Assembly (NCBI GenBank): GCA_043228905.1
Contig: JBHGNT010000008.1
Span: 11,780,001-11,844,000, forward strand
Direction of reading: 5' to 3'
Source of the DNA: Azolla caroliniana
Taxonomy: Eukaryota > Plantae > Polypodiophyta
DNA length: 64,000 bases
Shown: in pieces, positions 40,201 to 52,100 of the stretch
Layout: each line of letters begins with the position of its first letter
How positions within the stretch are numbered: position 1 is the stretch's first letter
Position numbers and translations under genes: made by a program
Notes under the pieces: model-generated
Told to the model about the DNA's origin: nothing
Database searches by the model: none
The model's input: only the letters and a program-made list of their open reading frames with translations

Positions 40201-40247
40201 GAGCTGAGAAGGGCCACATGACCTGACAAGCCGGCCGGAAGGGTCGA

Positions 40248-41168
40248 TATTAGAGATATGGTCTAATGTAAGCGTATGATAAGGAGAAAAGATAGATAGA
40301 TAGACAGATAGAAAGGAGAGAGAGAAAGGAGAGAGAGAAAGAAGGGTGCCAATCCACCCGACCAGCCCCAAGCGAAGGATCGAGATAGACTCAAGCCTCG
40401 ATCGGCGTCCCATACCACCATCGTGGCGTCTAGTCATACCCGGTGCTGGCGCGCTCACTACAACAGTTAAACCACCACGAAACAGAGTCTCGACGTTGTC
40501 AAAAGATGATGAAATGAGGGTAGCTAGGCCTCTTATTTATAGCAATACCCAAGGCTCCCAGGCAAGTTCACACTTGGCCTAAAGGGTTGTCTCAATCCTG
40601 AGGATTAAAAGTAATCCTCCCCTTCTTTACACTCTCGTTTAACCCGCACACTTATCCAGGTGTATAGAATACTACGATAAATTCTCACCACAGGATATTA
40701 TATGGTCATGCCCGTAACATACTCCCCCTCTTTAAAACATTGCACTCTTGCAATCGAAAGTTAGGGAAGTTAGTTCTGAGAGTATTTTCGCGTTCCCATG
40801 TGGCATCTCTTTATTGATTTATGCATCCATTTTATTTTAAATTCTCAGATTTCTTTAGTACGTAATTTTTTTGTTTTAACATCAAGAATTCTTTCTGGTA
40901 CATGTGGTTTAGAAGAAGTCACTAGTAAACTTTGGATCTTGATCACTCATGATATCAATCGGTAACCCATAAAAATAAAATAACTCGTCAACAAATTGGT
41001 AAGCCAATTCAAGAGCTATTACCGTGGTTTTAGTAACAATAAATCTGGCCATTTAGTTAGTCTATTAACCACAACCCAAATGGCATCATGGCCTTTTTGG
41101 GTGCGAGGAAGGCTAATGTAAAAGAATAGCGTGCGGAAGCAATAGGAAACTGAACATTGAAAATACTT
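40248..41168 (-). mobile_element. 3' remnant of a chromovirus: 3' LTR 40248-40719, PPT, chromodomain and integrase fragments
   Basis: Minus strand: LPRTQKGHDAIWVVVNRLTK, DATWERENTLRTNFPNF, then AGAGGGGGAGTA followed by TGTTACGGG. Confidence 0.78.
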
Positions 41169-41271
41169 TGTTGTGTGAATCACACACTACGTGAAATATG
41201 TAAAATACTATATCCCATTTAAAGTACGTATAATAAATAAAATAAAATATTCAAAATGTTTATTACATGCA

Positions 41272-41337
41272 TAGGGCAAGATTCGAACCTTCTACCTTCA
41301 CATAGACAAACCCCAACCTTACCATTGTACTATCCTA
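41272..41337 (-). promoter_or_regulatory. tRNA-like A/B-box module in G3 LTR
   Basis: Minus strand TAGGA-TAGTACAATGGTAAGG...AGGTTCGAATCTTGC-CCTA, followed by T4 runs. Confidence 0.65.
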
Positions 41338-44300
41338 AGTGTTCTAAACATAGATTTAATACGTATAAGACCTTAATTTACGCCTACCTTTATTTAAAGA
41401 AAAGTCATGCATTTCTTAGAATGCGTGAATACTTTATTTATAAGAAAAATATACACCACTAACAAATGACTCGTGCACATCTAGCAAGCATGAGCACTAT
41501 ATTTAGGAAATAAAAGCATAGTGTAAAAAGGCAACTCATGCACATTTAGTGTGCATCAACACTTTAGAAAAAGCATGAAGCTATGCTTAGCCTCTTCCAT
41601 CCTTATATAAGGAGAAGAGAATGATGTATGGGGGTTGTTGCTTATTTTACAAGGGTGGATTAATATAATATAATTGTGGGATTCACGAATTTGCTAACTA
41701 TTTTTTTCTCTCTTAATCTGAGTACTCACTAATACACTATACTCGTGCGATTCACGAGTTTTTCATATCTTTCTTTCTTACAACATATTTCATATTCTTC
41801 ATTGGCTTAGAATTTCCTTTTCTCCTAGTCCAAAACCTCAGTGGTTCCCGCCCGACTCACGCAACGATTCGGAGCCGAAAGGCACGACACAATTGGTGAA
41901 CCCGACGTGAACACAGGTGGCAAGGAGATGGAAACTCAACCAGAGGCTAACAACATGATGATGATGTTCGAGCGGATGCTTCAAGAACAACGTGTGATGT
42001 TGGAGATAGCGGCGGCAGTAGAGCGGCTCGTGCAACGGATCGGGCAATTCAACGGAAAGGACATATCACGCTATCTTCGGGACTACAAGGCAGAAATGAT
42101 ACGGTGCGCGATTTCGGAAGGACTGCAAGTGACATTCTTCAACCAGGTGGCTACCGACGGGCTTCAAGAAGTATCCACGGGCTACGACAACAAAATCCGA
42201 CGTGGGAAGCGTTTGAAGAGGCGCTAAAGACCACATTCGCTATCGAGGACTCCTCCAAGGCAATGCAGAGAGGATTTGAGGATTGGGTGGAAACACCGAA
42301 CAAGGGGATGAAGGTCCTCGATGTGTTATCGGCATTCAAAAGTCGGTTCGGGAGGTTGTCCGCGAGAGATCAAGCTATCCTTGCACCGGACAAAGTTATC
42401 ATGTTCTTACGAGCCGTAGACGCCCGGGACCGGAAGGATCTTGGAGTGCTACTAGAGGATGCGACTATTGAGGGTGGCCTCACTGAAACATGGGAAAGCG
42501 TGCGGGATATCGTCACGCGATACACAAAGAGAGGGCAATGGCTTGCCAACAAAGAGAAGAGCGTTTCGGAATTGATTCCGAAACCAAGATCTTGATCGGA
42601 AAACCATCAACCGCGGGATTGGGAAGCTACCACCGAGAAGGGAATCGATGCAACTACGGTGGAGCAGTTGCTGAAGGAGATGTAGAATCTAAAAATCGTG
42701 ATGGTGAAGAAGTCGGATGACCGTCCCACAAGTTCCAAGTATATGGACCGTCAGTGCAAATGGTGCGATAGCACTGACCATGATCGGAGGGATTGCGACG
42801 AGCACAAGGAAGCGCTATGACGGGATCTTATCTACTACGAGGGAAATCAGATTCATTCGATGGACTCTCGGAAGCCGCTCCGACAAAACTTCCGAAAAGG
42901 CGGCATGAAGACGGTCCTAGAGGAGGAAATAGCGGCGAAGAGCAATTACGCGACAACCGCAGGAATACGTGTCGGGGAGGGAAAAGAAAAGACGATTCCA
43001 GCATTCAAGCTCGCCTCGGACGTCGAACAACAAATGGACATGAAGAAAGTGTTCGAGGAGAGAATCCTCGATAGCCGGGTAGATTTTTCACTTCAGGAAC
43101 TACTCGGAATAGCAGAAAAGGAGTTCCATGATCTTCTTGAGGATCTCGTGAAAAGAAAAAGACAAACTATGGAGGAAAATGTGCCGAGGGTGAATGCAAA
43201 TACCGTTCTGATGAACGACACCGAAGTGGAGGACGAGAGTCCGAATTCCCACTATACAAAGCCACACTGGGCGTGTGCAACTACCGAGACTCCGGTCCAA
43301 ATCGGCAACATCAAAGAGCCCGTGCTAGCATTGATTGATGACGGATCGAAGATCAATTTGATGTCTAAGGAGTTCTACCGGAAGGGCAAGTGGCCTATTA
43401 ACACGAATCATGAATGGAAGATCCGAGCGGCAACTAAACCAACGGAAGTTCTATTTGTGGCTTGTCCGGATGTGACGGTGAAGATCGGGGATGTCGAGAT
43501 CGACCAAAATTTCTTCGTACAAGACGAGGTCTCACACTCCGTGATGCTTGGGCAACCCTTTATCACGGCTTCACGGATGGAGACGAAAGTGCTCGATAGC
43601 GGTGCAGCTTTTGCACGAATTCGGAGCCAAAACAGAGGAAATCCGTCCAATTCCTAACGGTGCCGGCAAATCATGAAAGGAACAACAGAGAGCTCTTGTC
43701 CAAAACCAGAATGGATTTTTAGTGCGGACATTTGCAGAGTGGGGAACTGATAGTCCGACAAGGCCAAATACCCCACACAGGAAGAAATCTCTCGGAGCAA
43801 AACAAGTATGAATCGGTCCATATGGGGCATCCACGTACACAACCGTAACCGGAGGAATAAAGAAAGAATACCGAAAAGTGGAGGATAAGTTACGGTCGGC
43901 ATCAATAATATGTGAAGACGAAGAAATCATGGGAATAGTCGAAGAAGTGTTCTATGGGAGCACGCTACAACGGCTTGAAGAACTCGCGGAAGATACATGC
44001 CAGGGAAACCGGGTAATTCCGGTGGAATCGGTCGAGACGTACGAGATCATTGTGAAAATGGGGCCGAATGCGCTTTGCAAAGAAGAATGAATGGTAAGTA
44101 CGAAATACAAGACCGTGGAGAAGAAAGTGAAACCAGCCGCGGGACCGTTACCCGCAGATAGCGTACAAAATGACGGGAACTAAACGCTCCTTATGCACAG
44201 CGCTCGGCCACAACCGAGCTTAGACTCATACACAGAAAATGGGAAATGAAACGCAACACAAAGAAGAGAAGGGTACATAGGATGTTTACATGCAAAACCC

Positions 44301-44689
44301 AAACTAAGGGAAAAACCCACGGCAGCCCACAGGCTGCAAACTATCACTATGTTAGTTTGTACAACAGTGAGTTCACGGAGGCAACGACCTCGTGCTCACG
44401 ATCCTCGCCACAAGCGGCGGTTACAATCAGAGGCAACGACCTCTTCCTCTCTCGCTTACTCTCTGTACACTATTACACATTCTGATCTCACGTAAACAAG
44501 AATAACAACAGACAACCAAAAGTTGTCAAGACTAAGAGAGAGAAAGAGAGAAAGAGAGAAAAAGAGATAGAGAGATAATTGAAGATAATTATTGTATTGA
44601 AGCGTAAAATGGATTACAAAGAGTAGGCTACAAAATGGCGTTGAACCAATTTAGGTTTGGGATGGGTGGTAGATCCCTATTTATAAGTA

Positions 44690-44870
44690 ATAGAGAACAC
44701 TCTAGAATATTCTAGGTTATCCTAGAATGTAGAGTAATCTAGAAGATCTCTAGAGTATTCTAGAAGGTTCTAGTGGTATAGAACACTCTAGAATATTCTA
44801 GGTCATTCTAGAATGTAGAGTAATATAGAATATTCCTATGATATTAGATTTCATATTCTAGAGACTATAC
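44690..44870. promoter_or_regulatory. Heat-shock-element-like array in Tcn1-like U3 (copy ~49975-50155)
   Basis: Perfect aTTCt-aGAAg-gTTCt at 44757-44771 and repeated aGAAc-aCTCt-aGAAt-aTTCt, upstream of the TATA on the element strand. Confidence 0.65.
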
Positions 44871-44875
44871 ATATA

Positions 44876-44945
44876 AGAATATTAATACAATGGTTAAGGA
44901 TTTGACATGTGTACAACAAGGTCGTGGGTTCAAATCCTTTCGAGT
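44876..44945 (+). promoter_or_regulatory. tRNA-like A/B-box module in Tcn1-like LTR (copy 50160-50229)
   Basis: TAATACAATGGTTAAGG...AAGGTCGTGGGTTCAAATCC with tRNA spacing, antisense to the element. Confidence 0.6.
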
Positions 44946-44991
44946 CATAATGTGAGTGTCATCATCCTTTCGATGCATGATGTGAGTGTTA

Positions 44992-46101
44992 TCATGACAC
45001 TATCCCCCTTCTTGGACGACACGTCTCATGGGTCGTAGGGTTTGTATTAGGACCTGGTTTACAAGGATATTGGCGATGAAATGCATTGACGAGTTCTGCA
45101 GCATTGGAAAGATTTGCGGCAGGTTCCCAAGCTCGATCATTGGGGGTATAACCTAGCCAATCGACTAAGTAACACAGCTTGTTGCGCACGATTTTAGAAT
45201 CGAGAACGGCAGCAACTTCAAATTCAGGCCCGTCCAAGAACTCGACAGGTGGGGGGGGTGTCGTAAGTCGGCCCGGAATTGAACTTGTAGTATAAGGTTC
45301 CAAAAGGGATACATGAAACACCGGATGAAGATGCATGTGCGGAGGGAGGTCAAGACGAAATGCAACATCACTTATCTTACTAGTGATCATGTAAGGGCCA
45401 AAACGTTGGTAATCCAATTTACTGCAAGGTCGAGTGGTCTTGATGTTGTGTTGGAGAAGCCATACATAATCCCCAATGCGGAACTTTTTTGAGGAGTCTA
45501 GACGATGACGATCGGCAAGCCTCTTGTGTGTAAATTGAGCATCGTGCAAATTGTGGAGAATGTTAGCTTGAATTTCTTGGAGGCGACTAAGACGATCCTC
45601 GGCAGCAGGGTTGGTAGGAACTTCTGGATGCACATTCATCGTCCACCGAGGATGACAGCCCGTATTTGCGAAAAATGGGGAATATCTTGTAGAAGAATGG
45701 GCTGAGTTGTTGTAAGCAAATTCCGCCAAGTGCAAAAAAGCAACCCAATCATCTTGTTGATAGTTGATGAAACAACGAAGATATTGTTCCAATGTCTGGT
45801 TGGTATGCTCTGTTTGGCCATTTGTTTCAGGATGATAGCCCGAAGAAAGCTTAACTGAAATGTGAAGAAGTTTGAACATGTGCTTCCAAAACTTTGAGAT
45901 GAATTGTGGACCACGATCACTAATAATATCATCCGGCAGACCATGATGCTTAAATACCTCCCGCATAACGAGATCAGCCGCCTCTTGACTAGTAATCGAC
46001 TTTGTACATGGCAAGAAATGTGCCATTTTGGTAAATCGATCAACCACTGTGAGAATTGCATCAAAACCTTTTGAAATTGGGAGATCAGTAATGAAGTCCA
46101 A
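44992..46101 (-). CDS. Integrase core plus chromodomain portion of Tcn1-like pol (open 369 aa)
   Basis: MDFITDLP, SDRGPQF, HPETNGQTE, GPY, chromodomain. Confidence 0.8.
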   Translation of the reverse strand: MDFITDLPISKGFDAILTVVDRFTKMAHFLPCTKSITSQEAADLVMREVFKHHGLPDDIISDRGPQFISKFWKHMFKLLHISVKLSSGYHPETNGQTEHTNQTLEQYLRCFINYQQDDWVAFLHLAEFAYNNSAHSSTRYSPFFANTGCHPRWTMNVHPEVPTNPAAEDRLSRLQEIQANILHNLHDAQFTHKRLADRHRLDSSKKFRIGDYVWLLQHNIKTTRPCSKLDYQRFGPYMITSKISDVAFRLDLPPHMHLHPVFHVSLLEPYTTSSIPGRLTTPPPPVEFLDGPEFEVAAVLDSKIVRNKLCYLVDWLGYTPNDRAWEPAANLSNAAELVNAFHRQYPCKPGPNTNPTTHETCRPRRGIVS

Positions 46102-49100
46102 GGATATAGACTTCCAAGGAGTTTCCGGAATGGGAAGTGGTTGTAGTAAGCCATAGGGTCGGTGAGGAGGATTCTTTGATCGACAACATATATCACAACT
46201 CCGAACATAATCCTCAACAAAATGACGAAGGCGAGGCCATCAATAGCGTCGAGAAATTAATTCTAGAGTCTTGTGAACTCCAAAATGACCAGCCATTGGT
46301 GAGTCATGGCAATGTTGCAAAACTTGTAGCCGTGGGGGACCATCAGGAACATACAATAAATTTTGTCAAAATAGAAAACCACCATGCCAATAGAACTGAC
46401 AATAGTCATTACGAGGATTTTTCGACCATGAGCAAGAAGCACGATCCGGGACAATATGATCCAAAACATCCTTGGCGAAATCATCAGTGGCCATATGATC
46501 TCGAATGGAATCAAGAAAAGTGGAATTTTCAAGAGTTGTTATGGCGTTAACTACCATTAATCGTAATCGATTAGGACCCAAAAGGATTTGTTTTTTATGC
46601 TCAAATGCAGGTTCCCCTGGACGAAGTTCCATATAAGAGCGCTGAGAAAGAGCATCTGCTTTGCCTTGCTGCATCCCAGGGCGATATATGATGATAAAAT
46701 CGAAGTGAGTTAAAAATTGCGCCCACCGGGCTTGTCGCCGACTCAAGACTCGAGCATTTTGGAAATAAGTCAGGTTCTTATGATCATTCTAGACAATGAT
46801 CTGCTGAGAAGAACCTTCTAGGAAATGTCGCCATTGTTGAAACGAATCCACGATTGCAAGAAGCTCTTTGTCATGGATCTCATAGTTGATCTCTGCAGCT
46901 TCAAACTTTCGTGAATGAAACACAGTCTACGAGAGGACACTCCCTAGTGCAAAATCGGATGCATCGGCTTCGAGGATGAAGCGTTTTGTTGGGTCGACAT
47001 GTGCTAAGATAGGTGCCGTTGTAAATGCTCATTTTAAGCTTTCAAATGCCTCGGCTGCATCTGAACTCCATATAAATGGTCGATCTTTATGTGTGAGCTG
47101 AGTAAGCGGAAGCACAACCTTGGAATAATCTTTAATAAATTTTCGATAAAAATTTGCAAACCCGAGAAAACATTGCACATCACGCACTGAAAGGGGCGTT
47201 TGCCACTCTAAAATTGCTTGTACCTTCATGGGGTCCATAGCAATACCATTTGACGATACAACATACCCCAAAAATTCCACTTAATTCTGGCCGAAACTAC
47301 ACTTTTCTAATTTTGCGTAGAGACCATATTCTCAGAGTCGACGCAGTACCTGACGAACATGTTCATCATGCTCCTCTTGGGTCTTTGAGTAGATTAAAAT
47401 ATCATCTAGGTAAACTATAGTGAAGATATCAAGAAAATCTCGAAAGATATCGTTCGCCATATGTTGGAAAACAGCAGGTGCATTCGTGAGACCAAATGGC
47501 ATCACTGTATACTCAAAATGTCCATAGCGAATGCGGAAAGCTGTCTTCCATTCATCCCCCGGGCGAATCCGAACTAGATTATATGCTCCGCGAAGGTCCA
47601 ACTTCGTGAAATATTTTGCACCACTGAGACGTTCCAAAAGATTCAGGATTAATGGTAGAGCATATCTATTCCAAATAGTCACTTTGTTTAGCCCTCGATA
47701 ATCCACGACCAATCGAAGAGTCCCATTCTTCTTCTTAACGAAGAAGATAGGTGCACCAACAAGGGATCTAGAATGCCGAATGAATCCGTTTGCCAGATTC
47801 TCATCAATATATTCCCGCAAAGTTTCTAGCTCTACAGGGGAGAGCTAATAAATTGGGCCCCATGGAGGTTCTTTCCCTAGTTGTAAGTCAATAGGGCAGT
47901 CGTATGGCCGATGCTCCGGCAATGTATTGTCCTTCGCCTTATCAAAGACATCTGAAAACTCCTTGTATTTCTCTGGAAGTTTAATATCCGCCTCATGTGA
48001 AGTGGATGATGGAGTTGCTATTATTGCGAAGACGAACATGGCCTCGTTCCCCCCTTCCTCTCGCAACTGTCGTAAAGAGATGGGCGATAACTCCGGGGAT
48101 CTATTATCACATGTAGGAGAGAGGGATGCAGGGTTTGTGCTTTTTTCCCGGGTCTCCTCAATTGTTCTTTTCATCCAATCAATCTTCGGGTTATGGAGTT
48201 CAAACCAGGGGAGACCTAGAACTATTGGGTGTTCCGGACTACAAATAATGTTGAAAAAGATTATGCTTGCCAAATTGCCAAGAACTATCCTAATTGGCTC
48301 AGACTCCTCGACTATATCTCCTGATGCTATGGGACGTCCATCAATGACTCATACGGCTACTGGGCTGGGAAGCTTATTCAAGAGGATGTTTTGTGACAAG
48401 GCAAATTCACGATCCATGAAACAAGAGTTGGCTCCAGAATCTAGAAGGGCAGAGGCTAGGACTCGATGACATGTAGATGTGGTAAGCTCGACTTGTGCTG
48501 AAAAAACTCGACTCACTTGATTTGATGAAATGGAACCACGACTAGGAACTAACTCTACATAGCTAGGATGGTCCAACCAAATGGCTCCTATTTTGGCCGG
48601 ACTTACTCGTTTAACACATCCTCTAATTGACTCAAGACATCGAATCTATTCTCATGGCATGGACTATGAGGCTTATTTATGTTATTAGAAGTAACAATAG
48701 AACTCGATGTAGGGTTTTCATGGGCACTTACTTGGTATACTTGACGCCTAGGTTTATGTGGACAATTTACAGGTATATGTCCTGGACCACCACAATACAG
48801 GCACGGGCGATGCGCTCGACGTCGTTGCTTCTCAGCATCTGATAACGGCCCACGACGTTGTGTTGACTCTATTTCCATCGGAGTGGGGCCATCCCTTGTA
48901 ATGGGTCTAGAAACTTGTGGAGGCGTTGCGACTACGGAACCGTAAGTCTGCTCAGGTTAGCGGCGTAACATTTGTTGGCGCTTAGAACGTCGCTCAAATA
49001 GGCGATTATCACATCGCACAGCTCGACTAATAGCTTCTGTAAGTGATTGCGGATCTTCAGGGAAAGTAAGAAGAAGATCTTTGACATCGTTTCTCAAACC

Positions 49101-52100
49101 TTGACGGAATTGATCCATTAAAGCTGCCTCATCCCAAGGGATATCACATGCCAAGAGATGGAAATTGGCTGCATAAGACGACGTGGGACGATCTCCTTGT
49201 CGGAGCCTTCGAATCTTGTTTATCGATGTCCTAGTGCTGTCAGTGTCTCCGAAACTAGCTTGAAACTCTTTAACAAATGCCTCGAAATCCTCCAACAATG
49301 GTGATTTCTTCTCGAGAAGTGGTGCAAACCATGCTAACGCCGTACCGCATAGCAAAGTTCCCACTAATCCCACACGAGCAGCATCAATTGGATACCGATT
49401 GGGATGTAGCTGAATAACTAGACGAACTTGATTCAAAAAGCCTCGAAATAAAGACCTCGTACCATCAAACTTGGCAGGGAGGCTGATCTTTGTCTCTCTA
49501 GGGGAGTTCTGAGCCCCCGACGCTTGCTCACGTAATGACAATATAGTCGCCTTGAGTTGATGAACCCGCTGTGATAACTCTTCATATTGTTGAGATTTTT
49601 CGGCGGTCACGTGTTGTAGATCTCCAAGTAGCCTTTGATTCTCATGCTCTAATGCCACAAATTTATTCGTGAGCATGTCGAGCTCAGAAAGAACACGCAT
49701 GTATTCTTGTTTGCTCACGGACTCCATAGCTTACGAGAGGAGAGGAGAAGGAAGAAGAGAACTTGTTAGGATTTATGGAAGACGAAGAGATGAAAGAAAA
49801 AAAGTTGGTTCAAACTGTCAAGACTGAGAGAGAGAAAGAGAGAAAAAGAGATAGAGAGATAATTGAAGATAATTATTGTATTGAAGCGTAAAATGGATTA
49901 CAAAGAGTAGGCTACAAAATGGCGTTGAACCAATTTAGGTTTGGGATGGGTGGTAGATCCCTATTTATAAGTAATAGAGAACACTCTAGAATATTCTAGG
50001 TTATCCTAGAATGTAGAGTAATCTAGAAGATCTCTAGAGTATTCTAGAAGGTTCTAGTGGTATAGAACACTCTAGAATATTCTAGGTCATTCTAGAATGT
50101 AGAGTAATATAGAATATTCCTATGATATTAGATTTCATATTCTAGAGACTATACATATAAGAATATTAATACAATGGTTAAGGATTTGACATGTGTACAA
50201 CAAAGTCGTGGGTTCAAATCCTTTCGAGTCATAATGTGAGTGTCATCATCCTTTCGATGCATGATGTGAGTGTTATCATGACAAAAGTTTGCCCTAAGTC
50301 ATATTTATACTAATATGACTTTTCGGCTATTTACAAATATGGCCTCGATGGACTCTCAGAAACATATTTACCAATATGTCTCTTTATCCAGTGAGCATTC
50401 CTCACCGGGTCTGCACCATTCGGCTCTCCGTAGCTGGGTACTACTCATCCGGTTCTCACCAGGTATGCGTCATCCGGCTCTCCGGCATTGTTCTTCTCCC
50501 TTCCCATCCGGAGGAACCTGTCTCCCAACAAACTCCCCCTTCACTCCGGCATGGGGAGTCTTACTAGACCGATCCTCTTCCGGCATGCATCCAACTTGTC
50601 GGGTATCAGAACTTTGGTCAACATATCTGACCCGTTCTCGGCCGTGTGGATCTTCGTAAGCGCGAACTCCTGGTCATCTACTCTTTCCCGGATCCAGTGA
50701 TGCCTTCGCTGGATATGCTTCGTCCGGGAATGGTAGGCCGCATTCTTAGCAAGGTGGATGGCACTTTGACTGTCGCAATAGAGTCGGTATTCATCTTGCC
50801 GGATACCGAGCTCTCCGATGAAGTCCTTCATCCATAATATTTCCTTGCCGGCTTCCACAGCCGCCATGTACTCCGCCTCCGTGGTTGACAACGCAACCGT
50901 CTTCTGCAGCCTCGACTGCCACGAAACAGCTCCCCCTGCATATGTCATTACATACCCGGATGTAGACCGGCTGGTATCCACATCAGCCGACATGTCCGAA
51001 TTGGTGAAACCGTCAAGTTGAGGTTTTCTGGAGCCGAATCGGAGACACATATTTGAGGTGCCCTTCAAATACCGGAGTATCCATTTGACCGCGTTCCAGT
51101 GTTCCTTGCCGGGATTGCTCATAAACCGGCTCACCACTTCGACTCCGTATCCTATATCCGGTCGGGTACACACCATTGCCTACATCAAGCTCCCGATGAC
51201 AGAGGCATATGGAATCTTCATCATATCCGCCTTCTCTGCTTTCATCTTCGGACTTTCCTTGCCGGATAACCTGCAGTTTGCCGGAAGTGTCGATCCGACC
51301 GGTTTCGCATCTGACATGTTGAACCGGTGAAGAACCTTTGTCACATACTTCTCCTCTGATAGCCATAATTGCTTCGTTGACCGGTTCCGTATAATATGCA
51401 TCCCTAGCATCTGTCTTGCCGGACCCAAGTCTTTCATTGAGAAGGTCTGGTTGAGAGCCTTCTTCAGCATCCATATTTTGACTTGGTCTCGTCCGACGAT
51501 CAACATGTCGTCCACGTACAGAAGGAGTATCATGAAGCCACCTCCTTCGAACTTCTTCACAAACACGCAGTGATCGGCCTGCGTCTTGTGGTACCCTTGA
51601 TCGGTCATGAAGGAATCGAACTTCCGGTACCATTGCCGGGGGGCCTGCTTCAACCCGTAGAGGCTCTTCTTCAACCGGCATACCAGGTGCTCCTTCCCTT
51701 TCTCCACGAATCCTTCCGGTTGCTGCATGTAGATCTCCTCTTCGAGGTCGCCGTGAAGGAATGTCGTCTTCACGTCTAGCTGCTCTACCTCGAGGTCCAT
51801 GCTTGCCGCTATACTCTTGCCGGTTGGGTCTGCTCATCGTAGAGTCTATCCTTACCGGTCGACTCGGAGTTCATTATCTTCTTCTCCGACTCCTAGTCGG
51901 CGAGCGTCTTGTCCTCCATGAAGATAATATCTCGACTCCGGAATACCTTCTTGTCGACCAGGTCCCACACTCGGTAGCCAAACTCATCGTCACCGTAACC
52001 GAGGAATATGCATGGCCGGGTCTTTGGATGTAACTTTCCTCTCCGGTACTTAGCTACATGCACGTACGCGAGACACCCGAACACCTTTAGATGCCGGTAG

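Larger units (their letters stand above)
29180..40247 (+). mobile_element. Degenerate copia family A element; 5' LTR 29180-29598, PBS-Met 29599-29609; interrupted at 31237-37224 and cut off at 40247
   Basis: TGTTGAGAGACAAGCTCAAC...TTTTACA TGGTATCAGAG, gag ORF 29701, integrase/RT/RH fragments 37225-39830. Confidence 0.87.
44524..50283 (-). mobile_element. Tcn1-like chromovirus (Ty3/gypsy), full length, disrupted
   Basis: LTRs 44524-44999 and 49816-50283, TSD AAAGT, gag 48957-49727 (LPAKFDG), CLYCGGPGH knuckle, LLDSGA, YLDD, integrase GPY and chromodomain (YLVDWLGY...WEP). Confidence 0.92.
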
